A stretch of 64,000 nt of DNA from Octopus sinensis. Taxonomy: Eukaryota. Below are positions 29,135 through 42,600 of this stretch, one piece after another (within the stretch, counting starts at the first letter, position 1; every line of letters begins with the position of its first letter). A program made the position numbers and the translations under genes. Location of the stretch: positions 99,572,001-99,636,000 of the forward strand of contig NC_043000.1 in assembly GCF_006345805.1 (NCBI RefSeq), given 5' to 3'. The notes beneath the pieces were generated by a model. That model was not told the origin of the DNA. It saw only the letters and a program-made list of their open reading frames with translations, and did not search any database.

Positions 29135-30111
29135 TTTGTTTATTTATAAAAGAAAACTTCTCTCAAACTAGATACTGATATAAGGACAGCTCAGAATAAT
29201 GAGACTAAGATATAAAAATTCACAAACAAGTATAACAAATGTTTTTCCATCATCAGCTGCCAAGCAGATATCACAGTGGTTTTGACACTAGGCAGTATCA
29301 TTCAATCCAGTGGAGTCAACAGTGTTAAAAGCATAAACACTGTCAGTTTATTATGTCCATTATGCCAACATCGGCTTGTTATATTACTAGTATATATGTG
29401 TATGTATGCATATATATATATAATATTTGTGTGTGTATGTATATATATGTGTGTGTATGTGTATACACAAGAAGGCTGGAAGGAAATGAAGCTATCATGT
29501 TTTGTTGGATGTTCAAGTCCTGAGGTTGATTTGTTTGACTAAAAAACACTTTAAGGTGGAGCTCCAGGAAGGTTGCAGTCAAAAGACAAACAAGTAAAAC
29601 AATATAAAAAATATACTCTCAGCTTACAGTTTTGGGGTAAATATAGGTGAAATGATACAGAGGACTGGGTTAGGTGATTGTGCAGGAGAGTTGGGGGGGG
29701 GGGTCATAAGAATGTGAGGAGAGATGCTTGGAGAAGGGATAGAGGTGACTAGTAAGTGATGGTGAGAGATAGGGGGTGTAATGGTAGATATGTGAGGGCA
29801 CTGGAAGTGACAGCAGATAAGAGAGATGTCAAGGATTGTGGATAGCAGAAGGAAAAGAGCAGTGGCTGAAGGTACAGGAAGGTAGGTGGTAATTGGTGGA
29901 AACAGTGGGCAGAGAAGATAATGATAAATGGAGGTGGTTTTGAGTTGAGAAAGAGGAAGGTAACCAAAAGGGAGGGAATAGTGTGTGCCTATTTTGTTCT
30001 CAGGTGATAATGGTAGGCAAATAATGCCATAGACAGAAACTTGATGTGTAATAAGAGATGCTTAATAAGGAAGAGAGAATGGAGATGGGGCAGAGCCCCT
30101 GTATATATGTA

Positions 30112-30160
<49 letters not shown>

Positions 30161-31368
30161 ATATATTCTTTTATTCTTTAACATGTTTCAGTCATTTGAC
30201 TGCAGCCATGCTGGAGCAGCACCTTAGAGGGATTTTTAATTGAAGAAATCAACCCCAGCACTTATTCTCTGTAAGCTTCGTACTTATTCTACCACTCACC
30301 GTTGCTGAACTGCTAAGTTACGGGGACATAAACACAGCTATAGCACTTGCCCAAGGTGCTATGCAGTGGACATGAACCTAGAACTGTGGGGTTGGAAAGT
30401 AAGCTTCTTACCACAGCCACGCCTGTGCCTGAGCACCCAGTTAATACCTCTTCGTGTGGCCCTTCCCCCACTCAATATCATCTACTGCAGCTCTCTCCAC
30501 TCTACCCTGAAGCCACTTTATTCTCTTGCTACCCATAACCATCTCACTTGTTAAGCAATTTTTCATCCATTAGTATTGTTCTCCACACCCACATGTTACA
30601 GTGGCCATCCCCACTCACTGGACCACCAAATTTGCTCTCTGTGCATTTTGCCTGTTTTTATGCCCCTACTCTGCTCCTGGAAGCTACCCAAATGCATCAT
30701 CGTTTTCCCTCCCCACTGTCAATGATATCAATACTACCCTAAGTGTACCCCAACACATATCTCTTCTCCCTGCTGTCAATTGTATCATCACTACTGTTAG
30801 TATCATTGTAGCTCCCACCTGGACACCTCATCATCCCTGTCTATCTTAATGGGACATAACTCCAATTCATACTCTCCCTCCTAAATGTGACTAGCTCCTC
30901 TACAATAAAAACTACTCTGCTCCAACCAATTCCCCCTTACCTTAACTCCCATCTAAAATACAGATGCAGTATCCTCTCTCCTTGGGTTTGTTGACTTTTG
31001 AGTTACATAGTGACCAGTACAGTGCTGGTGGCATGAAAAAAGTACCCAGTACACACTGTAAAATAGTTGGTATTAGGAATGGCATCCAGCCATAGGATCC
31101 ATATCAAAGCTGACACTGGAACATGATGCAGTCTTTTGACACATCAGATTCTTGTCAAATCATCCATGCAAGCATGGGCATTTAATGATAATTATATATA
31201 GATATTTATATGTATATATACGAATATATATATGTATATGTGTGTGTGTGTGTACGTGTGTGTTGTGTGTGTATGTGTGTGTATATATATATTTATACAT
31301 ATAAGTAAGTGTGAAACAAGGTGGAATGTGGGGGGAAAATAGTACTCAAATACCGCAGGTAGAGTAAT

Positions 31369-31525
31369 ATGCTTTATCATTAAAGCAGCAAAAACTACAA
31401 AAATATCACAAAAAGCTACTACTCAAAGTTTCACAATCCTTGATCACAACTGCTGGGGGTACTGGAACGGGAAACTCTGAGTAGCAGTTTTTTGTGATGT
31501 TTTTGCAGCTTTAATAATAAAGTAT
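31369..31525. repeat. fold-back element (~57-bp arms)
   Basis: ATGCTTTATCATTAAAGCAGCAAAAAC..CTACTACTCAAAGTTTC pairs with GAAACTCTGAGTAGCAG..GCAGCTTTAATAATAAAGTAT. Confidence 0.85.
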
Positions 31526-31619
31526 ATATATATATATATATATATAAAGTATATATATATATGCATATATCTGTATTTATATATATGAATATATATAAAT
31601 GTGGATGTATACATGTGTA

Positions 31620-32625
31620 TCATCATCATCATCATCATTTAGCGTCCGTTTTCCATGCTAGCATGGGTTGGACGGTTCAACTGGGGTCTGGGAGCCGAAG
31701 GCTGCACCAGGCCAGTCAGATCTGGCAGTGTTCTACAGCTGGATGCCCTTCCTAACGCCAACCACTCCGAGAGTGTAGTGGGTGATTTTATGTGCCACCG
31801 ACACAGGTGCCAGACGAGGCTGGCGAACGGCCACTCTCGGATGGTGTTTTTATGTGCCACCGACACAGGTGCCAGACGAGGCTGGCAGACGGCCACGCTC
31901 GGATGGTGTTTTTATGTGCCACCGACACAGGTGGCCAGATGAGGCTGGCGGACGGCCACGATCGGATGGTGTTTGTTACGTCCCCAAAGCACGGAGGCCA
32001 GTCTATGCGGTACTGGCTACCCACGTTCGGATGATTTTCTTGTGTGCCACCGGCACTGGTACCAGAAAGATACAAATTCCATTGATGTTCATCTATTTTG
32101 ATTTGTTTTGATTTGATTTTCACTTGCCTCAACAGCTCACAAGTGTCACAAGAAGGAAGGTATGCACATGTGGACTGACTACGTCCCAGGTAGGGGCCAC
32201 GGGTTATGGCCTGACTAGTCTTGGCCGGGTCTTCGGTTGGTGTTTTTATTTGCCACCGACACAGGTGCCAGATGAGGATGGCGAACGGCCACGATCGGAT
32301 GGTGTTTGTTATGTGCCCCACGTCACAGAGGCAGTCGATGCGGTACTGGCTACGGCCACGTTCGGATGGTTTTTCTTGTTGCCAACGGTACGGTACCACA
32401 AAGATACAAATTTTCCATTGATGTTCATCTATTTTGATTTGGTTTGATTTGATTTGATTTGATTTTCACTTGCCTCAACAGGTCTACACAGTGTCACACA
32501 CTTGCCTCAACAGGTCTTCACAAGTGTCATAAGTAGGTGTCACACCTTGAGCCTCAACAGGTTTTCACAAGTGTCATAAGTAGGAAGGTATGCATAGGTG
32601 GACTGACTACGTCGCCGGGTCTTCG
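31620..32625 (-). mobile_element. RTE 3'-UTR-derived repeat with internal 62-bp and ~320-bp duplications
   Basis: TTTTATGTGCCACCGACACAGGTGCCAGACGAGGCTGGC.. occurs three times at 62-bp spacing (31786-31970). A larger block is then repeated from ~32242. Confidence 0.8.
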
Positions 32626-34308
32626 ATGTGTTTTTATGTGCCACCGCGACACAGATATATATATATATATGATGTGAAATAGAAAGATGAATAATCTTGT
32701 AGTAGATTAATCAAAAGTTTAACCGATACCTTAGTAGCAAAAATCACAGCAGTAAACAGCACGGTTGGAGTACAACCATATGGTGTTGCAACCCGTGCGT
32801 TGGTGCGGATAATTGAAATTAAAAACATTATTGGTGAATGAAGAAATGAGCTGAACGCAGATTGAACAGAAACGTTTTATTTCATTCTACACGTGTTCGA
32901 AAGGCACAAATACCAAAATCCGATTGAATAATGGGGCCATATTGTGTCTTTCTCTTCAGGAAGAAATAGGAAATCCGTTGGAAAACAAAAACTAGAACAA
33001 GGCGAGCAAAAACAAATCGAACTATGCTCCTAAGAGCCCATGGCGAAACTGTTTATCAGGGTATGTTGAGAACCGTGCTGAAGAATTTAACGGGTCAGGC
33101 ACGTTCAATCATGTGGGTGAGGGTGTGTGGTGTTCTTTGTGACCGAGAATAAAGTTCTGACTATTTAAGGAATATTGGATGTTTTATAAGGGGCGAGAAA
33201 AAATCTACTTAGAGACGTGTGTGTGTGTATACTGTTCTATATATGTGTGTGTTGGCGTAGGGGTAGAAAACATTTTTTGTGTACGGTGTGTGCGTTGATC
33301 GTTCGGCTGCAGTGGCTACTGCCGCGAGAACCGTTGGTGGCAGAAAAAACAAATTATATATTATGTTTTATGTGTGTGTGTGTTCATCTTAGCCTGCTTA
33401 TCAAGGAAACCCCCCGCTGTGAAAAACAAGCCCCGTTTGTCTAACAGGAGTAATTCCCCTTCCGTGGTTAATCTTAAGATATCTTAAAGGCTATTTCAGA
33501 ATTTGTTACCAAGGGCTATGGGTGCCGGTATTATTTATAAACGCTATTTAAAAGCCAGATAAGTGTAACGCCGCCAATGGGGGCATCGAAAAGCCGACTG
33601 TAAAGCCCGTTTACCATCCAGCCTCTGCAAACAAAATATGGAAGAGTTCGAGACACAAAGGTTGCATGCCTTCTGCCCCTATCAAATGGGAGGCCACACC
33701 GACAAAATTGACCATTCCAGCCTGTAGCTTAAGTTCGTATCCTTCAGTCGCCATATTAGCTTACTGAGTCCCGTGGTCTGGCGCTTGTTCATGTCCCGAA
33801 AAGTTGCGTAATGGTTGAGACACGCAAAGACAATCTTAGGATAAGGCCCCTACATAAGTGCAGACATCTGAGTCCGTGTAAACCTTGCATTGGTAGACGG
33901 CGTTTTTGATCTTGGAGTTCGCCGACGTGAATCGTATTCTGCTAGGATTAGTTTCTGAAATTAGAACTGCGTTCCTGTCACTATATTCGTTCCGAGACCT
34001 GCAGCCGCTTACTACTCTATTTTCCACTACGTCACTATTAACTATAGGAATAACCCCTGATTCTCCACTATCTATCAGGGTGCTGTCATTGCTACTGCCC
34101 GTGGTGCTGCTATTGCGGGAAATGATGCTGGGATGCTATTGGGGCTCTCTACCCTACTTCCATTGTTACCTCAACCACAAACACCCCTATTTATACTATA
34201 CCCTAGTGGGGTACTCCCTGGCTGGAGCGGAGATTATGTGTCACTGTACTGGCTCTTCATATCATTATTACTACTATAATTATTCTACTGAGCATTAGAC
34301 CGGGAGCG

Positions 34309-34408
34309 NNNNNNNNNNNNNNNNNNNNNNNNNNNNNNNNNNNNNNNNNNNNNNNNNNNNNNNNNNNNNNNNNNNNNNNNNNNNNNNNNNNNNNNNNNNN
34401 NNNNNNNN
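34309..34408. other. assembly gap (100 N)
   Basis: Run of exactly 100 N. Confidence 1.
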
Positions 34409-36210
34409 ATATGTATTTATATGTATATATATTATAGATAGATAGATAGTTATACAAAGTAAATGGAAGTAATTCTTGCTAAATTCGGTTTCCTCTTTCT
34501 CTGGCGTTCAGACTCTGGTCCAGTCAGACACTGCTTCAATATTGAGTGCGATGTTAGCAGAGATTGTAATTGTGGAGTGGTGGTATACATTTTTTTAATA
34601 CTTAGATGCTTGATATTTGTCTCACTGGTCTGGCAGTGTATGAGTGGAATTGCTCTAAGGAAACTGGTGCTTTCTCCTTTTCTATAATCGAAACCATACT
34701 GCCAAATCTTTTTATTTGCTTTCTTTTATTCTTTCCTCATCACTCCCCTTCTCCTCCTCCTCCTTCCTTTTTCTTTTCCTTTTATCATATCCTTTAGTTT
34801 TTCTCTTTCTATATGTCTGTGCTTGCATGTGTGTGTATATATATGTGTGTGTGTTTGTGTGTATGTGTGCATGCGTGTGTGCACGCATGCATGTGTGTGT
34901 ATTTCTGAAACAGTATTTTGTTTTTTATGTCTGTGTGTTTGTAAGTGATTATGTGCATATATATATAACTGTTAGCATGTTTATATCTAGAATTGTATAT
35001 TTCCTGGACACGCACATACACACATCTATGTATATACATGTGTGTATGTGTGTGTGTGTATACACACACACACACACACACACAAATATACACACATTTA
35101 TACACATACATATATATACACATATATACATATTCAAGTGTGCCAGGCATGGCTAAAATTTTCTTCCAACTGTTAGGTTTCGTGTTTATTCTTCATAGTA
35201 CATGGCACCTTGGGCAAGTGCCTTCTGCTTTCGGTCTGTTTCAGGTTAACCAAAGTCTTGTGAGTGAATTTGATAAAAGGAAAACTAGAGGAAGCCCTTC
35301 TATATGCACGTATGCACACAGACATGTATATATGGATATATTTATATTCGTGTTTCTGTCTTCTTGTCTTAACCTCTTGTGATAGTTGTAGACAAGTGCC
35401 ACCGTTATTAAATCAGTGTGATTTGTTTCTGATCGTCCGTGAAAACAGATCTAGCAATAGGGATATATTACTTTGCTTCTAGATGAGTTAGGGTTGGCAC
35501 CAGGGAAGGCATCTTGCCATAGAAAAAGGCTACCATCAAACATGAAGAAATTAAACACAAGGGTGCAGATGATGTGCATACATGTCCACACACACACACA
35601 CACACACATTCTTTTATTCTTTTCTTTTACTTGTTTCAGTTATTTGTCTGTGGCCAAGCTTGAGCACTGCCTTAAAGAGTTTTTTTAGTAGATGATATTG
35701 ACCCCAGGATTTATTCTATCAGCCTCTCTTGCTGAACTGCTAAGTTTTTGGGATGTAAAGCCATTAGCATCAATTGTCAAGCAATGATGGGGACAAATAC
35801 AGGCATAGAGACACACACATATAAATATATCACTGTGATCACTATGCGCTTTGCATTGTTTTAGCCTTCAAATGATGCCACCCCGCTAGCTAAGCGAGCA
35901 GGCCAACAGAGGAAAGAGTGAGAGAAAGTTGTGGCAAAAGAGTACAACAGGGATCGCCACCACCCCCTGCTGGAACCTCGTGGAGCTTTAAGTGTTTTCA
36001 CTCAATAAACACTTTCTGGGAATCGAAATCACAATCCTACGACTGCGAGTCCGCTGCACTAACCACTGGGCCATCGTGCCTCCACACATAAATATATACA
36101 TATTTTTTCATATATATATATATATATTGTCAATGCATCGTATATCCAAATAAAAAGCACACTCTAAAGTATAGAGCAGTAAAGTATTAAAATAACGAAG
36201 TTAATGTCTG

Positions 36211-36573
36211 GTTATAGAGTGACCGGTGGCAGCAACATCCTCAGGCCTCAAGCCAACCTGAGATGCACCAATAATATGAACACAACCAACACCCAGGCTT
36301 GGAAATACATCAGCTCAGCCTGTATGACATTTTAGCGATGCTTGTGCAACCACAGGTCTTCATTCAGGGTCCCTGAAAGATGCTTTGTCACATCCCTGTC
36401 CAGCCATGTGTGGTGCTTCAAAGATCAAGAAATCCCATATGATATCAAATGGAAGAATCAATGGGAGTGGGCACTGCAAGTTCTGCATAGCTGAGCAAAC
36501 TAGGATGCTTAAAAATTTCTAAAGACCTGGGTCACTGAATACTTACCTAGAAATCTTCATACCATGCATCCAT
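36211..36573 (+). pseudogene. Penelope-like element GIY-YIG endonuclease remnant
   Basis: Fragments YRVT.., YISSACMTF*RCLCNHRSSF, SLSSHVWCFKDQEIPYDIKWK and GHCKFCIAEQTRML..SLNT follow the PLE C-terminal pattern (YIG..F..R..NH.SSF; LSKHIW.LK....Y.I.W; C.LC..EK..I; LN.R). Confidence 0.75.
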
Positions 36574-36924
36574 TTTCTGCTGCAAACATTGGATTCTCTC
36601 CTTGTTTACTAAGCTTGGAAGAGTCCTTATGGTCCATTTAAAAGAATAGATACCTTATTCCTTTCTCCAAATAGCTGGTCTAGGGGTGATAACCTCTCCT
36701 CACCTCACTGTCGCTGGACTTTTTATTCTCTGATGAACTTAGACCATTGATTTTTCAACTTTACACTTCCGAGAGATGAAGAGTGAATTTTGTCCTCAGA
36801 CTAGAGTCTGATGAGTTATCCATGAAGCTATGGTTTTCATAGATGTGATGCTATTGGTGACCCTATGACCATACATTAACTTTATTATTCTAATATATAT
36901 ATATAATATATATATATTATATAT

Positions 36925-36967
<43 letters not shown>

Positions 36968-36993
36968 GTGTGTGTGTGTAGAGATAGATAGAT

Positions 36994-37357
36994 AGGTGCA
37001 GGAGTGGCTGTGTGGTAAGTAGCTTGCTTACCAATCACATGGTTCTGGGTTCAGTCCCACTGTGTGGCACCTTCGCCAAGTGTCTTCTACTATAGCCTCA
37101 GGTCAACCAAAACCTTGCAAGTGGATTTGGTTGATGGAAACTGGAAGAAGCCCGTCATATATATATGTATATGTTTGTGCGTCTGTGTTTCACCCAACCA
37201 TCACTTGACAACCAATGTTGGTATGTTTACATCCCCGTAACTTAGCGGTTCAGCAAAAGAGACTGCTAGGCTTACAAAGTCCTGGGGTTGATTTGCTCGA
37301 CTAAAAGCGGTGCTCCACCATGGCCACAGTCAGATGACTGAAACAAATAAAAGAATA
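36994..37357 (+). mobile_element. SINE family B (well preserved)
   Basis: AGGTGCAGGAGTGGCTGTGTGGTAAGTAGCTTGC head and ATGACTGAAACAAATAAAAG tail. Confidence 0.9.
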
Positions 37358-37714
37358 TATATATATATGAGACAGGTTTCTTTCAGTTTTTGTCTACCAA
37401 ATCCATTCACAAGGCTTTGGTTGGCCCAAGGCTATAGTGACTACACTTGCCCAAGATGTCATGCAATGGGACTCAACCTGGACCCATGTGATTGGGAAGC
37501 AAGCTTCTTACCACACAGCCACACCTATAAACAAGACTAATTTAGCTATTTCTCCATAAATTGAAAAAAATGAATAGCCTTAATCACTTTTTAGATCTTA
37601 TTGGGTTCTTATCAGTGGTGTCTACGTCAGTTTGACCAATTCTAGAGAAACAACCAATCAATCTGTTTATATATTTAATAATTCCAATCGCCAAAGTGAA
37701 ATAAAAGTAAAAGA

Positions 37715-38010
37715 ACCTCGGAAGTTCCCCTTCAAAGCACAAGTCAGGGCAAGGTTGTTTTTGGAAGACCAGCAGTTGCCCATGCATACCAGCCTCCTCA
37801 CTCAACACCACCAATGTTATCTAAGGGAAAGGCAAAGGCTGATACAGCTTAACACCAGTGGTGTCACAATTCATTTCTATAGCTGAGTGAACAGGAGCAA
37901 CGTGAAATAAAGGCTCTTGCCCAAGAACATAACACACAGCCCTACCTGGGAATCGAACTCATTACCTCATAATTGTAAGTTCGATGTTCTAACCACTGAG
38001 CCATGCGCCT
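37715..38010 (-). mobile_element. tRNA-headed SINE, family E
   Basis: Minus-strand head AGGCGCATGGCTCAGTGGTTAGAAC..GAGTTCGATTCCCAGG. A second copy lies at 40091-40430. Confidence 0.75.
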
Positions 38011-38571
38011 AGCGCTACGAATGTGCATACAGTCTTAACTTTTTATTTAATATCTAGCTTGGCAGCAGATGTTTTGGCCCACAAAGTATTAGGGTATGGT
38101 ACAATATATGTAACCTGTATAGTAGATATATAACCAGGTTTAGTTTAGCTATTTTCCTTCCTGTAGATACACAAACACAAACACAAGTTAGCTCCTCCCT
38201 CTCTGCATTGGGTATCGGTCGATGAGTGCTCTCTACCTTTATGTGGTCACAAATGCTGTTATGAACCTGTTTCTAAGCCAATCCCATGTCTTCCCGCTCT
38301 TCTTTCACAGTCCTCAATGTGCTCTTCAATGGTCTGCCTTGCCTGCTATACTGACCCTCTGCTTTCCTCTCAAGGATTGGCAATAATTGGTCTTTTCTTA
38401 TGCAAGCTTAAGTACATGACCATGCTTTTTCTACAGTCTCTCAGTGATGGTATTTCATAAGTCACCAAGCCTACTATAAATTTATACCTGCTTATACAAT
38501 TACAGGACCTTCCCATATACACATGTGTGTATTTTCTATATATGTATATATTCATGGTGTGTATGTACATG

Positions 38572-38613
<42 letters not shown>

Positions 38614-38737
38614 CATCATTTTCCAGGTTCTCTTTTCCGTATCTGTATCACACACACATGCATTTATATCATTGTTGTCATTTTAAAGTCCCATGCTTTC
38701 ATAGGTCAGATGAAATTACTGCACTCACACACATACT

Positions 38738-38934
38738 CTTTTACTTGTTTCAGTCATTTGACTGTGGCCATGCTGGAGCACCGCCTTTAGTCGAGCAAAT
38801 CAACTTAATCTTTGTAAGCCCAGCACTTATTCTATCGGTCTCTTTTGCCGAACCGCTAAGTGACGGGGGCATAATCACACCAGCATCGGTTGTCAAGCAA
38901 TGCTAGGGGGACAAACACAGACACACAAACATAT

Positions 38935-38965
<31 letters not shown>

Positions 38966-39134
38966 CATATATACGACAGGCTTCTTTCAGTTTCCGTCTA
39001 CCAAATCAACTCACAAGGCATTGGTCAGCCCGAGGCTATAGCAGAAGACACTTGCCCAAGATGCCACGCAGAGGGACTGAACCCAGAACCATGTGGTTGG
39101 TAAGCAAGCTACTTACCACACAGCCACTCCTGCG
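38738..39134 (-). mobile_element. SINE family B
   Basis: Reverse complement of the 36994-37357 element. Confidence 0.9.
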
Positions 39135-39203
39135 ACTATACATATCTAAATATATAATATATTTACATTACAAACATGCATACACATCTACACACACACA
39201 CAC

Positions 39204-39234
<31 letters not shown>

Positions 39235-39574
39235 CATGTAGTGAGCAGAAACTCGTTACAGACTGAGTGAACTGCAGGTGAAATATTCAGAGGAAGGGCT
39301 CTCGTCATGCAAATGTTTCAGCCTGTTAGTTCCCAACACTCTAGGAGATCTAGGTCCACCTAGGTAGTGACTCCTAGGTGTCCTCCTGCTATTATTTAAA
39401 TGGATGTACAAACTTACCTAGGTACGTATATGTTACACAACTGCATTGTTTCTGTGTAACAAGTCTCACTCACTAGTTATTGGTCAGCATGCTGAAATTC
39501 TTCCCCATGAGACTGAATCCAGAAATATACGAGTTCCATGAAGCAAACTGCTTTAACTTCATGTCTATTCCTAA

Positions 39575-40038
39575 AAACTCCACGAGGTTTCGGCAGGGGG
39601 TGGTGATCCCTGCTGTACTCTTTCACCACTCTTTCTCTCAATCTGTCTTCTGTTGGCCTGCTCGTTTAGCCAGCGGGGTGGCATCATTCGAAGGTTAAAA
39701 CAATGCGAACGCATTGTGACCAGCAATGTGTAACAACATCTGATGGTCTGGTCGGTCACGTGATCACGTGACCGACCAGGAAGGTTAAAACAATGCGTTC
39801 CCATTGTTTTAACCTTCGAATGATGCCACCCTGCTGGCTAAGCGAGCAGGCCAACAGAAGAAAGAGTGAGAGAAAGAGTGGTGAAAGAGTACAGCAGGGA
39901 TTACCACCCCCTGCCGGAGCCTCGTGGAGCTTTTAGGTGTTTTCACTCAATAAACACTCACAACGCCCAGTCTGGGAATCGAAACCATGAACCTACAACT
40001 ACGAGTCTGCAGCCCTAACCACTGGGCATTGCGCTTCC
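39575..40038. mobile_element. tail-to-tail inverted pair of family-A SINEs with palindromic junction
   Basis: Arms ~39575-39710 and ~39800-39940 are reverse complements. There is a perfect 32-bp palindrome at 39748-39779 and a 16-bp-arm hairpin at 39780-39817. Confidence 0.88.
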
Positions 40039-40048
40039 ACACACACAC

Positions 40049-40087
<39 letters not shown>

Positions 40088-40090
40088 GGT

Positions 40091-40430
40091 AAAGGGTGAA
40101 GACCCCCTTTGTTCATGAGTGACCATGTGATTGTACTTAGTAAGTTCACCTCCGAGGCACAAGTCTGGGCAAGTTTGTTTATGGAAGACCAGCAGTTGCC
40201 CATGCATACCAACTTCCCTTCTCCAACAATGTTATCAAAGAGAAAGGCAAAGGCTGATACAGCTTGGCACCAGTGACATCATAACTCATTTCTACAGCTG
40301 AGTGAATTGGAGCAACATGAAATAAAAAGTGTCTTGCTCAAGAACACAACGCATAGCCTGACTTGAGAATTGAACTCACTACCTCATGATTGTGAGCCCA
40401 ACGCTCTAACCACTGAGCCATGCACCTTCA
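40091..40430 (-). mobile_element. SINE family E
   Basis: Collinear with 37715-38010. Confidence 0.75.
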
Positions 40431-41519
40431 TATATATATATAAAGTGTGCATTCATACTCTAATATGTTTGACATGTGCCAGTTTCTTTATATGCAATGG
40501 TTATTGATGATATGCGAAAACCTACTTCTCTTTCTCTCTCCTCTTACTACTACTACTACTACTACTACCCTACCTCCTTGGCTTGGCTTGGTGTATTAAT
40601 TCTTATATTAAAATGGCATTCATTTGTGTATGTTTTTAAATGTATATACGTGTATGTATGTGCATGTTTACATTGTGTGTGTGTGTGTGTGTGTGTGTTT
40701 ACATGTGCATGTGTGTGAGTGGGTTCTGCATATTTGTGTATGACTGGGTGCAACTATGTTGGGATGGTCGTGTCTCTGAGTGGACGTGTTTGTAGGGTGT
40801 AAGTTTTCGTCTGTGTGGGTGGCAGTTTGAGAGTGTGTGCGTGTGCGCACGTGTGTGTGTGTGTGTATGTGTATGCCTGTAGATGTATGAAGCTGGCTGT
40901 TGCTGTCGATAAACCTCTCTATGTGAGTGTGTGTCTTGTATGTATTTGCATGTTTTTAATAACCGTGTTTGTAAACGGGTGGCTGTTGATAAGTTCCTCT
41001 GTATGCGCACGTATGCGTCTGTGTTTGTGTCTGCATATGGGTCACTGTTGATAAGGCTTTCTGTATGTGGGTGGTTGTTGATAAGTTTTCCTATTTCTAT
41101 GTGTATTAGTAAGTGGGATGGCTGTAGATAAGCCCATGTGTGTCTATATATGCGTTTACAGGAATTCTCTATATATATATCTCTCTCTATATGTATTTGT
41201 GTTTTGAGTAGTCGATGCGTGTTTGTATTTGCATGCGGGTGGCTGTTCATAAACCAGTCTATGTACGGCAGGTGGGTGGGGATTATTTCCATGTGTTCCT
41301 GGATGTGCTTCTTGTGAGTGAGATGTTTTCGTCTTCATGTGAATGTGGGTGTGTACTTTGTGCTGTTTAGATGGACAGGGGCGTGACACTGTGCTTTGCA
41401 AAGCTACATTTTATGTGAACAACCTACATAAGGGTATGTGGATGCTTATATGATCGCATATTTGCAAGTGTGTGTGTGTATTAGTGCGCTGGGGTGTGCA
41501 TATGGTGAAGCTTTTATCT

Positions 41520-41921
41520 TTTTATCTTTTATTTGTTTCTGTCACTAGACTGCGGCCATGCTGGAGCACTACCTTGAAGGGATTAGTCAAACAAATCGAC
41601 CCCCAGTACCTTTTTTTTTAAAGTCTAGTATTTATCCTGTCAATCGCTTTTTGCTAAACTACCGTTACGAGGATGTAAACATACCAACACTGGTTTTCAA
41701 ACAGTGGTGGGGGATAGACACAAGCACAAATGCCCCTCACATACACACTCATGTATATGAAAAGCTTTTTCAGTTTCTGTCTACCAGACACACTCACAAG
41801 GCTTTGATTGGATTAGAAGCCGCTTGGGACTTGAAAATATTCGACCAAGGTACCTGACTGTAGAACTCAGCCCAGGATCATGTGGTTGCAAAGCAAACTT
41901 CTTGCCATTTAGCCACGCCTG
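41520..41921 (-). mobile_element. SINE family B (diverged)
   Basis: Contains GCGGCCATGCTGGAGCAC tail, CTCACAAGGCTTTG body and a degenerate head. Confidence 0.75.
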
Positions 41922-42395
41922 CTTATGTGCTTTTATATATGTGTGTGTGTGTGTACATATGTTTTTATGTGTCTGTGTGTGTGTTAAGGTATACATGTTT
42001 ATATGTGTGGGTACATGTTTATGTAAGTGTGTGTCCCTGTGCATAAGTCTGTTTGCTTATGTAAATGTGGGTGTGCATACATGCAAGTGTCTCCGTATAT
42101 CATTACTATCAACATCTTATACAAAATGAGCCTAAGATCAAAAGTATGGCAACCGCACCATCATTGTTTTCTCAAACACTGGGTATTTACAGTTACACTA
42201 TGAACTGCACCTTTCTCTTTTTGAAGGGTAATTTTGCTGCTATACCTAGCAGGTCAAATGATCATATACAGACTCCCTCCTTGCTTTGTATTTCCGCTCG
42301 CTTTCAGACAGTATGCATGCCTACATATTTACATACACACACACACATAAGTAAGTATGTATGTATGTATGTATGTATGTATGTATGTATGTATG

Positions 42396-42427
<32 letters not shown>

Positions 42428-42542
42428 ATCTATATTATAATGATATGTATATATGTATAATATGTGTGTTCCACTTATAGATGTGTTTCATATATACGGA
42501 ACACACGCATATAATTCTGTATATTTCTTGTATGTATGTTTT

Positions 42543-42600
<58 letters not shown>

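Noticed and set aside
36730-36820. CTGATGA motifs downstream of the GIY-YIG remnant as hammerheads
   Set aside because: The position fits a PLE terminus, but no helix II plus GAAA can be drawn; too degenerate to call.
40817-41253. CRISPR-like reading of the repeat-spacer pattern
   Set aside because: Eukaryotic context, degenerate repeats, highly unequal low-complexity spacers and no cas genes.
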